Of a stretch of 64,000 nt of DNA, positions 52,716-64,000 are shown one piece after another. Numbering within the stretch: position 1 is the first letter of the stretch; each line of letters starts with the position of its first letter. The DNA is taken from assembly GCF_964204645.1 (NCBI RefSeq), contig NC_134032.1, positions 3,124,175 to 3,188,174 on the forward strand, in the 5' to 3' direction. The notes beneath the pieces were generated by a model that was given only the letters and a program-made list of their open reading frames with translations, was not told the DNA's origin and ran no database searches. The stretch is from Tubulanus polymorphus (lineage: Eukaryota; Animalia; Nemertea). Made by a program: the position numbers and the translations under genes.

Positions 52716-53424
52716 TATCTCTATATGAATGTGCAATTTTGACAGTATATAATTTAATCGTGTTCGAATACGTGCCAATGACACTTTCGTACTACGATAT
52801 CATTTGCAGCTCGAGTGAAAGTGAGACACCATGAAAGAACGAAAACGCAATGAAGTGAAGATATTTGAATATTTTAATCGAAGTATCAAAGTTTCTCTTA
52901 AAAGCCTTAAAACATTATCTACGTTTTAATACCGTGTTGATACAATATATCAATATGTACTTAAAGATGATTGTCTTACAATTTCGAGACAAAACATAAC
53001 TTGACAGCAGAGAAGTGGCACCCCCAAATCGCCCTGTTTTCAATACAAACAAAAAACGTATTTGGTCATGATTGATTCCCTAATTTGAAACGACAAATAT
53101 AAGGAGCAAGTTTAACAGCTCTCGGTAAGGTTTGACTCGAGAGTTAAGTCGGTTTTTTTCAATATTTCCAATGCTTTAACTCTAGAGTCAAACTTAACCG
53201 AGAACTGTAGAACCTGGTCAAAATGCACTGCATGAATAATTACTTCTATCATCAAAAAGATCGTCACTAAGTAATTCTATGATAAAAGAAACGACATCAG
53301 GGCTGGCAATATTAAAAATAAACACACCACTTTTGGCCTAAACAAAAGAACTTAAACACGTTTTGATCCAACTTTGAAAATATGAAACTTACGTGGATTA
53401 CGTCATTTCGTTTCTAGAATAATT

Positions 53425-56026
53425 TTATACGACGTCCATAACCCAAACATTGCTCTGGAGAATATTATCGAATTCTTGTTTCAGTTCGACGTATTCGTCA
53501 TATGTTTCTGGTAACTCCAATATCTGGGCACATGTTCGAGCAACTGGAGCTCGTTGGAGACCGTCTACCTTAGTAAAGGTCACGTCAATCTTTTGGCAGT
53601 TACAGATGTCAGAACCAGTACAATAGCGGAGGAACTTAGACAACATGCTTTCATCCAATGATCTGACATATCTCTTCAGTAACGTAGCAACATTTGACTG
53701 AGGAGCTGACAAAACGTTTGGAAAAGAAAGTAATTCTACCACTTTGCGACAGGAGGGTTTAAGATCCGTACAAAGATCGAGGTACTGTTTATATGATATT
53801 GTTACATATTTCTGTATCATAGGTTTTATACAATCAACTATAAATCTCGGCTTTTGCACCAATTCCTGGTGACTAATTTCCCGAATCAACATGGAGAAGT
53901 TCTCCTTCGTAGGAAGTTTCCGACATTCATATCCCCCCAGTATGTCTATTATCTCTTCGACGTCATTTGCTTCATCATCGAAATTAGCCAATGCGCGTCG
54001 AAATACCAGCTCCTCAGACGGAGAAACATATTTCAGGAATGATTCGACCAAGTCTACGCTATCATCCTGCTGGAAGAACAATTCGGAAACAAATGGCTGC
54101 GCGAGGAATATTGGGAAATATGATGTTTCCTGAAATCCTTTACTGATGATGCGTCCTACAGCCTCCCATTTCTCTGTGCCATAATCATGGCGTATGAGAG
54201 GGATCATCTGACTACTACCCGTCATACATTGCTTTCTAAATTCTGACCAAAATTCAGTGAGACACTCTCGAAAGACACCGTGTCCTTCTCCGGCTTCAAC
54301 ATTTCCATTAGGGAGTATCATTCGAGCATTTATTATTTTCCCCATCACCGATGCATCACAAAAAGCGTTTATCATATCTTCGACCATGGCTGTTCTGCGA
54401 ACCAGAAGGTTGTATTCTTCCCGTTCAATGCGATTTATCTCTTCTTGTGATAACTCGCCACTCGTCTGTACTCTGAATTGAATTGTAGGCGTATCAGGCT
54501 GTATCAATTCGAAATCATTAAAGTTGATATCTGCTATACCATCACGGGAATGTGTATCATTTGCACCCGTATGTATGCCAACAGCACCGGTAGGCACATA
54601 ACCAGACTGAATCCCGGCCGCAAATGGAGTTGAAAGTGTATGGGCAGATTGGGTATGCGTAGTTAAAACGATAGGTTGAATATCACTACTAGCCGAAATT
54701 GTAGATGAGGCTGCTGGCGTAAACGACAATGCCGGTTGCATCAACGAAAACATAGGTAAAGTTGACTCAGAAATCGGTGGCTGGTGGGTATTAGCAAGAA
54801 AGGATGACATGGATGGCAAGGATGTTTCATCATCACTATCGTCAACTAAAACAGTTGTGTGAAGATAGAGCCTAATAGGGTTTGTTTTATGTGCTGCGAT
54901 GTAGGCCTCTAGACCAAAAACATTACCACACTCAAGATAATCACATAACCGATTACCATTGAAATTTGCTAAGTAATAGCTCACATCATTGATTTTTAGG
55001 TTCATCGCATTCGATTTGCCGTCTGGAAAAAATAGGTTTAAGAACTCCATGGTTAAGGCCGACAAGTTCATTTCTTTTTTCAGGTCCAAAGTGTGTGTCC
55101 CCCCACCCTTGCTTGCAGTAACTAGTACAAAGGTCCCGCTTTTGATGGCGTGTTTCCAACCTAGTTTTATTCGTCGTGTATCTTTCTCTGCATTTTTTGT
55201 CGTCATTGATTTCTTGGTGCCGGCCTTCCGTTTTTGAAATTGCGTTCTCAACCTGCACAAAACACTAGATGATCCTGAAAATGAAATAATAAAGGAAAGT
55301 GTTATATATTTCAAGTAAACAATTTACAAATTTGTAAAAAGATCCATTGATCGCAGACCCGTCGTAAGTCGAATCGCAAGGATAGAACAAGTTCTATTCC
55401 AGCGATGAGTTATGCGTCAAATGACCTTTGGACTCGGCGATGATTGAATCGTTGTCGATCTGACTGTGACAAACGAATCGCCAATCGGCGGTCACGTGTT
55501 TACTACCGCTGTTTTTACGACGAGATGGTCGTCGTAAGTCGACCTCAGCTTAGCTTAATCACGAGAAATAGGCACAAGCCTGCATAACCTCTCTAAAGTA
55601 TAACCCTCTGATAGCACAATCTCATGGACAGAATTGAATTAGCGTAACGGTCAGTGACAACGGTCATGAAAGTAGGAATTAAGCACGTGATTTATCTTAA
55701 AACTCAAATTATTACCTGCACTAGACACATTTTCATCTTCTTTAGGCTGAGAATTTACTATCCTACACCTATTCCTTAGCCGGACTCTATCCCCGATAGC
55801 TGTAACTCCTGCTGCTTCAAAATCACTATCTGTCATGGTCGTGACGTCACTAACACCTATCTGGATGAGAAATTAAAATATGATACATTTTCAGAAGTTA
55901 TGGCCCTATAGCATTACCAATCGGGGCAAGTCTGTGTATACATAAAGTATTGAAACACGGTACCTTATTTTCGAGAAACTTTGCAATGTATTGGCCTAAT
56001 CCCAATTCTAGGAGTATGTTGTCCAT
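53425..56026 (-). CDS. SAM-domain HECT E3 ubiquitin ligase, ~685 aa (exons 56026-55964, 55860-55716, 55274-53425)
   Basis: Spliced N-terminus MDNILLELGLGQYIAKFLENKIGVSDVTTMTDSDFEAAGVTAIGDRVRL (SAM); HECT EAGEGHGVFRE..FW, FLRYCTGS, PVARTCAQILELPETY with catalytic Cys; canonical, phase-compatible introns; no stops. Confidence 0.88.
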
Positions 56027-56719
56027 CTGTAAAGAAGACATTTACGAATTAACGCCATTGAATGATTATAATTCATTAGTTTTCACTAATGCAGACCGAG
56101 CAAAATAATCGTCGCTTACAATGATTAGGCAGTACGAGAGAAACGGCTCACGTCGAAAACTTAGAATACTACCAGTACGTGTTATATTGCCTGCGCATAC
56201 CAGAGAACGACATCGGTTTTTTTAATATGTTTTCAGCGGCCGAAAATCAATCGATTTTTAAAATATATTGGCATATTAAAGAACAAAGTTTATGAATAGG
56301 CCTATGTGAGCTAAGCAATGCGAGGCAATGTATAGGATTTAAATGATACCAGGGGCTGATCCAGCATTTTTTAAGGAGTGGGGGTCGAGGGGGTACGGTG
56401 GTGCTCTGCTGGTCATCCCGAGAAATCTTAAAAACTTAGTCCCATTTTCATGAATTGTAAGCGTTTTTAGGCGCTACTTGATCATCTCATACATTTAAGA
56501 TGTAGGCCTAACATGTCTACTTTGAAAAGTAGTTTTCCAAGTGGGAGGGGTTCTCGAGGACCCAAAGAAAACCCCTGCATTTAACCCTGAATAGGCTACA
56601 TACCTGTTCGTTAGTCCGTTAATGTATACACCACCACCATCGACAACGATATGTATTATCACGTATACCTAGATCCGACTCGTAACAACAAAATCGAAGG
56701 GAGACGAATCGGATTTTCA

Positions 56720-58001
56720 AAGAAAGTTCGACGTTTTTCGCTGTTTGGCGGGGGGCGCAAAAACGAAAGTTCGTTTTGGCGGGGGCGCCAAAATGAAAGT
56801 TCGTTTTGGCGGGGGCGCCAAAACGGAATATTCTCCGTTTTGGCGCGCCAAAACGAACTTTTAGAGAAATTTCGACGTTTTTCGTTGTTTTAGCGGGGGC
56901 GCCAAAACGAAAGTTCGTTTTGGCGGGGGCGCCAAAATGAAAGTTCGTTTTGGCGGGGGCGCCAAAACGGAATATTCTCCGTTTTGGCGCGCCAAAACGA
57001 ACTTTTAGAGAAATTTCGACGTTTTTCGTTGTTTTGGCGGGGGCGCCAAAACGAAAGTTCGTTTTGGCGGGGGCGCCAAAATGAAAGTTCGTTTTGGCGG
57101 GGGCGCCAAAACGGAATTTTCTTTGTTTTGGCGCGCCAAAACGAACTTTTAGAGAAATTTCGACGTTTTTCGTTGTTTTGGCGGGGGCGCCAAAACGAAA
57201 GTTCGTTTTGGCGGGGGCGCCAAAATGAAAGTTCGTTTTGGCGGGGGCGCCAAAACGGAATATTCTCCGTTTTGGCGCGCCAAAACGAACTTTTAGAGAA
57301 ATTTCGACGTTTTTCGTTGTTTTGGCGGGGGCGCCAAAACGAAAGTTCGTTTTGGCGGGGGCGCCAAAATGAAAGTTCGTTTTGGCGGGGGCGCCAAAAT
57401 GAAAGTTCGTTTTGGCGGGGGCGCCAAAACGGAATATTCTCCGTTTTGGCGCGCCAAAACGAACTTTTAGAGAAATTTCGACGTTTTTCGTTGTTTTGGC
57501 GGGGGCGCCAAAACGAAAGTTCGTTTTGGCGGGTGCGCCAAAATGAAAGTTCGTTTTGGCGGGGGCGCCAAAACGGAATTTTCTTCGTTTTGGCGCGCCA
57601 AAACGAACTTTTAGAGAAATTTCGACGTTTTTCGTTGTTTTGGCGGGGGCGCCAAAACGAAAGTTCGTTTTGGCGGGGGCGCCAAAATGAAAGTTCGTTT
57701 TGGCGGGGGCGCCAAAACGGAATATTCTCCGTTTTGGCGCACCAAAACGAACTTTTAGAGAAATTTCGACGTTTTTCGTTGTTTTGGCGGGGGCGCCAAA
57801 ACGAAAGTTCGTTTTGGCGGGGGCGCCAAAATGAAAGTTCGTTTTGGCGGGGGCGCCAAAACGGAATTTTCTTTGTTTTGGCGCGCCAAAACGAACTTTC
57901 AGAGAAAATTGGACGTTTTTTTTCGTTTTGGCGTTCTGGCGTTCTGGCGCCCTCATTTACATACCAGGAATTTTACGCTATGGCCCTTATCAGCCACCAT
58001 A
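56720..58001. repeat. Right TIR with the 30/144-bp higher-order array
   Basis: Reverse complement of the left array, about one unit longer. Confidence 0.95.
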
Positions 58002-58010
58002 TAAATCTTA

Positions 58011-58345
58011 TCGACGTCTTGGAAAAGTGGTTATAGCGTTCGACTGTGGTAGGCCAGGTCGTGGGGTCGAACCCGTACATAACCGTAGTGTCCGCGGGCG
58101 CTTAACACTTAACCGCATCGCCTCTCTCCACCCAGGGGTATGTGGGTACCTGGCCTGACATGACGTTTGAGCGTCTAGTAACTGCTTGGATGTTATGTTT
58201 TTTCCCCAGAGTATTTATTTCTTTTATGTCTTTTTTTACTCATAAATGGTTAGAGTTAAAGGCTGGGGGTAATAATACTGATTTAATAGCGAGCGCCATT
58301 GAACATTGCATCGCAGTGAAAAGGGCGCAATCGAAATTAAATTTT
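58011..58345 (+). mobile_element. tRNA-derived SINE with a Deu/Nin-like central domain
   Basis: A-box-like tggaaaagtggtt, B-box-like gggtcgaaccc, gcctctctccacccaggggtatgtgggtacc core and an L2-like agcgccattgaac..aagggcgca tail. Confidence 0.6.
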
Positions 58346-58686
58346 CATAAATTACTATGAAGTACTATTACTAAATCGGTATTTTCGCGAGGTATACATT
58401 GAGGTAGATACTCTTCGCGAGTTAAATTGAGGAGGGCCCAGTCCGTACGAAAAAAAAACTCGCAGATACAAATACAAACTGTCATATTTCTGACCACGAC
58501 TGCCAATGCGTTTGGGACGCATTGGCAGTCGAGTTTGATTAACAATCAATGTATAATCAAACTCGAATACGATTGGTTGCTTTTAGTGCTAGATACAAAA
58601 CTTACTGTATGGAAGCCCTGAAACGACATTACGAATTACGTTTTACCAAATACGTTTTACGTTTTACGAATTAAAAATTACTAGTT

Positions 58687-59027
58687 ACTTGTGTTCCGTG
58701 GTACCCAGTGACAATTAAACAACTTGTGTTCCGTGGTACCCAGTGACAATTAAACAACTTGTGTTTCGTGGTACTCAGTGACAATTAAACAACTTGTGTT
58801 CCGTGGTACCCAGTGACAATTAAACAACTTGTGTTCTGTGGTACCCAGTGATAATTAAACAACTTGTGTTCTATGGTACCCAGTGACAATTAAACAACTT
58901 GTGTTCTGTGGTACCCAGTGACAATTAAACAACTTGTGTTCTGTGGTACCCAGTGACAATTAAACAACTTGTGTTCTGTGGTACCCAGTGACAATTAAAC
59001 AACTTGTGTTGTATGGTACCCAGTGAC
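58687..59027. repeat. 35-bp minisatellite (~10 copies)
   Basis: acttgtgttc(c/t)gtggtacccagtgacaattaaaca head-to-tail, no spacers. Confidence 0.95.
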
Positions 59028-59467
59028 AAGAAACTGGCTTCAACGCATAAGTCTAATGTAGATTTGTTCGCCTCGAAGGCCGACGCGTTAAGCGTGGTAA
59101 GATATTCTATAGTGTTTTATGAGGAATTATTGCCAGAAGAAAGAGGTTTCTTTCATGCTCTATATTGTTTAGGCCTAGTATTTTCTCTGTCACAATGGTA
59201 TTGATTGTTGCGGGAAATATTTTATAATACTAAATGATTTCGTTTGGTACTTTGGGCAATAAATTTAGGCAATTAGATTTCAGAAATTTGAACAACACGA
59301 GCTATGAAAATGTGTGGGACCAATCAGATTGAAACACCTTGCATCTTACATCTACACAGAATGGATGTATCTCACACAAGATCATGAACGCGATCAACAT
59401 TTTACTGGTCAGTGTTTTCTATCTCGTCGTCGCCGATGAGGTTTTCACCGAGTTCCGCTTTCAACAA

Positions 59468-59744
59468 CAGAGCCGTCGGAAGGAATTTTTCAGTGGCGAG
59501 GCTTATTTCTGAAGGGTGGTCTGGGGCCGTACCCTAGAAAAATTTTGAAAATTCAATCGCCGGAGATGCGTTTTGGGGCCATTTCACGGTCTCATTCACA
59601 GAAGCATGAGAAGTCGTGAGTCAACCACCTAGTACTGAGAACGACGAGCTGCTACGCGGTACAGCGTGCTTTTGAAAAAAATTTTGTTAAGCAAAAAAGT
59701 GGGGCGGCTTTGTCCGCCCCTGTCGCCCCTGTTCGACTGCCCTG
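59468..59744. mobile_element. MITE, same family as 23785-24057
   Basis: CAG...CTG ends, caacaa duplicated at 59462-59467 and 59745-59750. Confidence 0.88.
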
Positions 59745-60144
59745 CAACAATTCACTCGACTGCCAGAATGTTTGATAGGCGACAAACACAGCGAGAAGAT
59801 CTCACAAAACTGGGCGAAAACAAACCACGTGATCTCAAACAGAAATGTTCGTAGCGTCGTCGAGTGCGGAGCTGATTGTATGAATGATCAGAAATGTTCA
59901 GTTATGTCGTTCAACGGAGGACATTGTTACCTGTATAACATCGACAACGCGTGCAGCGCCACCAATGGGAAAACCAAGTACTTCAAGGTAGGTGCATTCT
60001 AATAATATATTTCTTTCTAAATTGAGTGAAATTAAAAGCAGAAGTGCAGTCAGTATAGAAGGGCTGTTTCTGTGAACGATTTAAGCAGTGAACAGTTCCA
60101 ACAATTGAAATCTGGTTCTCTCTATTCTCCGACTTTCGACTCTT

Positions 60145-61390
60145 GTCTTAAGTTGTTAGATTGGCTATAGAACTAAAATGAGCTTATACTGGTCTTAAGT
60201 TGTTAGATTGGCTATAGAACCAAAATGAGCTTAGACTGGTCTTAAGTTGTTAGATTGGCTATAGAACCAAAATGAGCTTAGACTGGTCTTAAGTTGTTAG
60301 ATTGGCTTTAGAACTAAAATGAGCTTAGACTGGTCTTAAGTTGTAAGATTAGCTATTGAACCAAAATGAGTTAAGACTGGTCTTAAGTTGTTAGATTGGC
60401 TATAGAACTAAGATGGGCTTAGACTGGTCTTAAGTTGTTCGATTGGCTATAAAACTTAAATGAGCTTAGACTGGTCTTAAGTTGTAGCTATTGAACCAAA
60501 ATGAGTTAAGACTGGTCTTAAGTTGTTAGATTGGCTTTAGAACTAAAATGAGCTTAGACTGGTCTTAAGTTGTTAGATTAGCTATTGAACCAAAATGAGT
60601 TAAGACTGGTCTTAAGTCGTTAGATTGGCTATAGAACTAGAATGAGCTTAGACTGGTCTTAAGTTGTAAGATTAGCTATTGAACCAAAATGAGTTAAGAC
60701 TGGTCTTAAGTTGTTAGATTGGCTATAAAACTAAAATGAGCTGAGACTGGTCTTAAGTTGTAAGATTAGCTATTGAACAAAAATGAGTTAAGACTGGTCT
60801 TAAGTTGTTAGATTGGCTATAGAACTAAGATGGGCTTAGACTGGTCTTAAGTTGTTCGATTGGCTATAAAACTTAAATGAGCTTAGACTGGTCTTAAGTT
60901 GTAGCTATTGAACCAAAATGAGTTAAGACTGGTCTTAAGTTGTTAGATTGGCTTTAGAACTAAAATGAGCTTAGACTGGTCTTAAGTTGTTAGATTAGCT
61001 ATTGAACCAAAATGAGTTAAGACTGGTCTTAAGTCGTTAGATTGGCTATAGAACTAGAATGAGCTTAGACTGGTCTTAAGTTGTAAGATTAGCTATTGAA
61101 CCAAAATGAGTTAAGACTGGTCTTAAGTTGTTAGATTGGCTATAAAACTAAAATGAGCTGAGACTGGTCTTAAGTTGTAAGATTAGCTATTGAACAAAAA
61201 TGAGTTAAGACTGGTCTTAAGTTGTTAGATTGGCTACAGAACTAAAGAGCTTAGACTGGTCTTTAGTTGTAAGATTAGCTATTGAACCAAAATTAGTTAA
61301 GACTGGTCTTAAGTTGTTAGATTGGTAATAGAACTAAGAGAAACTGGTCTTAAGATAAACTAAGATTGTCTTAGACGGGTTTTAAGCCAT
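60145..61390. repeat. 47-bp satellite array (~26 units)
   Basis: agactggtcttaagttgttagattggctatagaaccaaaatgagctt; same unit as at 23240-23760 and inverted at 39955-40030. Confidence 0.95.
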
Positions 61391-63575
61391 GGATAACTGG
61401 TTCCTGCTGGCTGGGTCAGTATTGGGATATGGCCTACACTAAAAATCTGAAATTTTATACCACCGATTTTAGGTGTCTCAGAACGCCGGCGTTTAATCTG
61501 AACTTACTCCAAGGCTTCATTGTGGTTCCTGAAGAGGCTTTGACTGGTTACCTTTACCTTGAAAATGTCCTGAATAATTTTTATAAGAAAATACATCATT
61601 ATTCATGTTTGTTTCAGAAGATAAATGATGGACCAACTACCATTAACAGTAGCAGCAGTTCCACCACTATGGCGACAGGTAAGTTTTTTGCTTACAATTT
61701 ACACCAAGTTCCACAGTAATACAGACTATTGAATAAAACGAATTTGACTCAAAACTTTGCAGGATTTGAACCTGTACCTGAAACAACATTTATAACACCT
61801 CCTCAAAACGACAATCTGTTTTTTTTATTTTCATTCGTGAAACCGAAACTGCGCAAACTTCGTTATTTCTTCGATTTCGAGAAAGTTGATACTGAACGTG
61901 AAATCGTGTTCGGAGAGGGAGCCAATATGACGGCGTATGATGTAGAAAGAAACAAGGTGAAACTCATACATGTCAAAGGTTAATAACAGCCAAACTGTTT
62001 CATCGTCGGCTACTGCCCTGAATTTATATTTCGGGGGCAGAATTGATGGACATCATATCAAAAACTACTCGATTTCTTATTTAGTCCGCGGACGTGGTAT
62101 AGAAGGAATTATTACGGAAGAATCGCAAAAGATGTTCTCGCGCACGTCTTATAAACATATTGTTTGTAACAAATGTCCAGAGGCAAAGGAAGTGAAGTAT
62201 CCGATCAATGATGTATTCAACGAGGAGGACTGGGTTTCAGTGAGATGCACAAACGGGGATGCGTACATTAATGCGTACGTTTATCAAACGGTCAAATCGT
62301 GACAGATATTGGGACGATTGATTGTCAAATAATAACCAGTGTTATATTTTCACTAATCACACATCAGACCAACAAAGAATCTATATGGCTGTCATTTTCA
62401 TGGTACTATTTCGATAGCGACTGGATTGACATTTTTTTCGTTTTATGATATATGTTGATGTGAATTAATTCTCGTTTGAATGAGGCAATTAGTAGTTTCT
62501 GTCGGGTCATCGGCAACCAATATTTCCAGTGCGGGTACATACACGTGTAATGTCGAATATTGGATACACGCAGATATTATGACGTACGTGGTACGTTAGA
62601 AGTGATACTTCATTATCACCATCCGGCATCAATATTCTATTTTACCGGCACAAAAAGTATATTCAAATTGAAAATATTCGTCAGCGTTACAGTTTGAGTC
62701 AGTATTGAATGCTTTAAATATTTCATGGCACAAAATCGTTTTTTGGAGCACAAGGCCAGTCTATCGAGCAAATTACTATTCAATTCCAATGAAATTCAGT
62801 CAACAACTACGCAATGCTCTCGTGGAACATACCCAGTGACTAGAAACGTCTCGAAGATATTGAAAGGTCACAGGCCTAACTGATGAAAGAATTATCGTCT
62901 CCTCGAATGACAATGCTACCCTGTAATTACGCAAAAAATCACGGAAATAAGGTAACTGCGCGTCAGCATTGTTATCAGTATCCTCGCTTGTCAGAGTTTG
63001 ATTGCCTCCCGCCGGAGCTCACGCCAACACAAACTCAGCGCCCACCAGTCTATGTATCAGATGCGTGGTATTTATAGAGCAAACGTTGTACCGGTATAAA
63101 TGCGTCTGATTGGCTAGATATATAGACTGGCGGGCGCTGAGCGGAACCTATCCGCCCAAGAAATCGTGGGCGATGTAATGGACCAATGAAGGTTTTTCAG
63201 CCACGTTTTGTATTGGCGTTGGCTTCAGCGGGCGGCAATCAAATCCTGGCAAGCGATGATTTGATATCAGTATCTGAGTGCGATCTGATTGTTACACATC
63301 GTCGCAGTCGACCCAGGCGTCCACTTGCAACTGGTGGAGGATAGTAGCACACCACCGCAGTCGACCCAGGCGTCCACTCGCGACTGAGGGAACCGCATAA
63401 AATACATCGAATTTTTAATTTTTGACATTGCCAACTCATTTAAACAGCTTCATAATCAATTAAATTATTAATTATTTCGCAATCAATTTTCTCTCGCTAG
63501 AAAAATATCGGTTTTTTTAGAGCATATGTTTATATCCAAACAGCTACCACGGTTACAGGTGCAGCTACCGTGAAG

Positions 63576-63651
63576 ATGGAACAATTCAGCTATAGTCGCT
63601 TCGTAGTGATATTCACGCTCTCGATTTGGGTTCATTACAGTTGGTGCAATA
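63576..63651 (+). CDS. Probable first (signal-peptide) exon of a gene continuing beyond the window
   Basis: MEQFSYSRFVVIFTLSIWVHYSWCN followed by a phase-1 GTAAGT donor. Confidence 0.45.
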
Positions 63652-64000
63652 GTAAGTTTTTTGGATGGCTGTATTCAAGTTTGCTTGTACAAAATGAATC
63701 TCAAGTTTTTTTTATCATTGCATTGAAGAAACATTCACAATTCAAAGAAATAATATAAGGGCAAAACTTTACGTTTCGATTGCTTAAAAGTATAGTAACG
63801 ATTACGAACACGAGCATACGTGGCTCCTGGAAAACATATTTCTTATACATGAAATTTCGAAATATAACTATCGATTCAGTTTATCTTCACAGCAGGGGCA
63901 AGCACATCTAGGCTGGCAGAAAGGGGCGGATCCAGGCTGGCGGAAAGGGGCGGATCTTGTGAACTCTTATGAAAGGGCTCTTTTTAGTCGCGCCACAGGT

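Larger units (their letters stand above)
48343..58001 (+). mobile_element. Full-length IS3EU-like DNA transposon (9659 bp) with a DDE transposase and a HECT E3 cargo gene
   Basis: TIR tatggtggctgataagggccatagcgtaaaattcctgg.. / ..ccaggaattttacgctatggcccttatcagccaccata; 6-bp TSD TAAATC at 48337-48342 and 58002-58007. Confidence 0.92.
59384..62302 (+). pseudogene. Secreted PAN/apple-domain protein gene disrupted by a MITE (59468-59744) and a frameshift near 61965
   Basis: Removing the MITE and one TSD restores MNAINILLVSVFYLVVADEVFTEFRFQQFTRLPECLIGD...SVVECGADCMNDQKCSVMSFNGGHCYLY; exons to 59987, 61618-61678, then 61763-62302 split over two frames. Confidence 0.65.

Noticed and set aside
58687-59027. 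CRISPR-like 35-bp repeats
   Set aside because: Head-to-tail with no unique spacers, no cas genes, eukaryotic context

Overview
AT-rich animal (invertebrate, lophotrochozoan- or ambulacrarian-like) genomic DNA with spliceosomal introns, so the ORF track fragments most genes. Host genes: (1) an 18-exon + strand type-I membrane receptor, signal peptide-CUB-CUB-PLAT-PLAT-S/T stalk-TM-cytoplasmic Tyr motifs (11177-22622); (2) a 3-exon, ~1934-aa GRL101-like GPCR, CUB/C-type lectin/LDLa/LRR/7TM (41719-47709, -); (3) a PAN/apple-domain gene broken by a MITE and a frameshift (59384-62302); (4) a probable first exon at 63576. The most striking item is a complete 9.66-kb DNA transposon (48343-58001). 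It has a 6-bp TSD (TAAATC), TAT...ATA ends, ~1.1-1.3-kb TIRs built from E2F-motif-like palindromic repeats, a 10-exon IS3/integrase-type DDE transposase (IS3EU-like) and a convergent, intact 3-exon SAM-(Ubl-like)-HECT E3 ligase cargo gene. Also present are Penelope relics with minimal hammerhead ribozymes (half of one core is amplified into a ~1-kb minisatellite), a 7-kb foldback element with 2.7-kb arms, DIRS/L2/CR1 relics, tRNA-derived SINEs, several MITEs and satellites. All calls are from manual reading of the sequence; no database searches were run.
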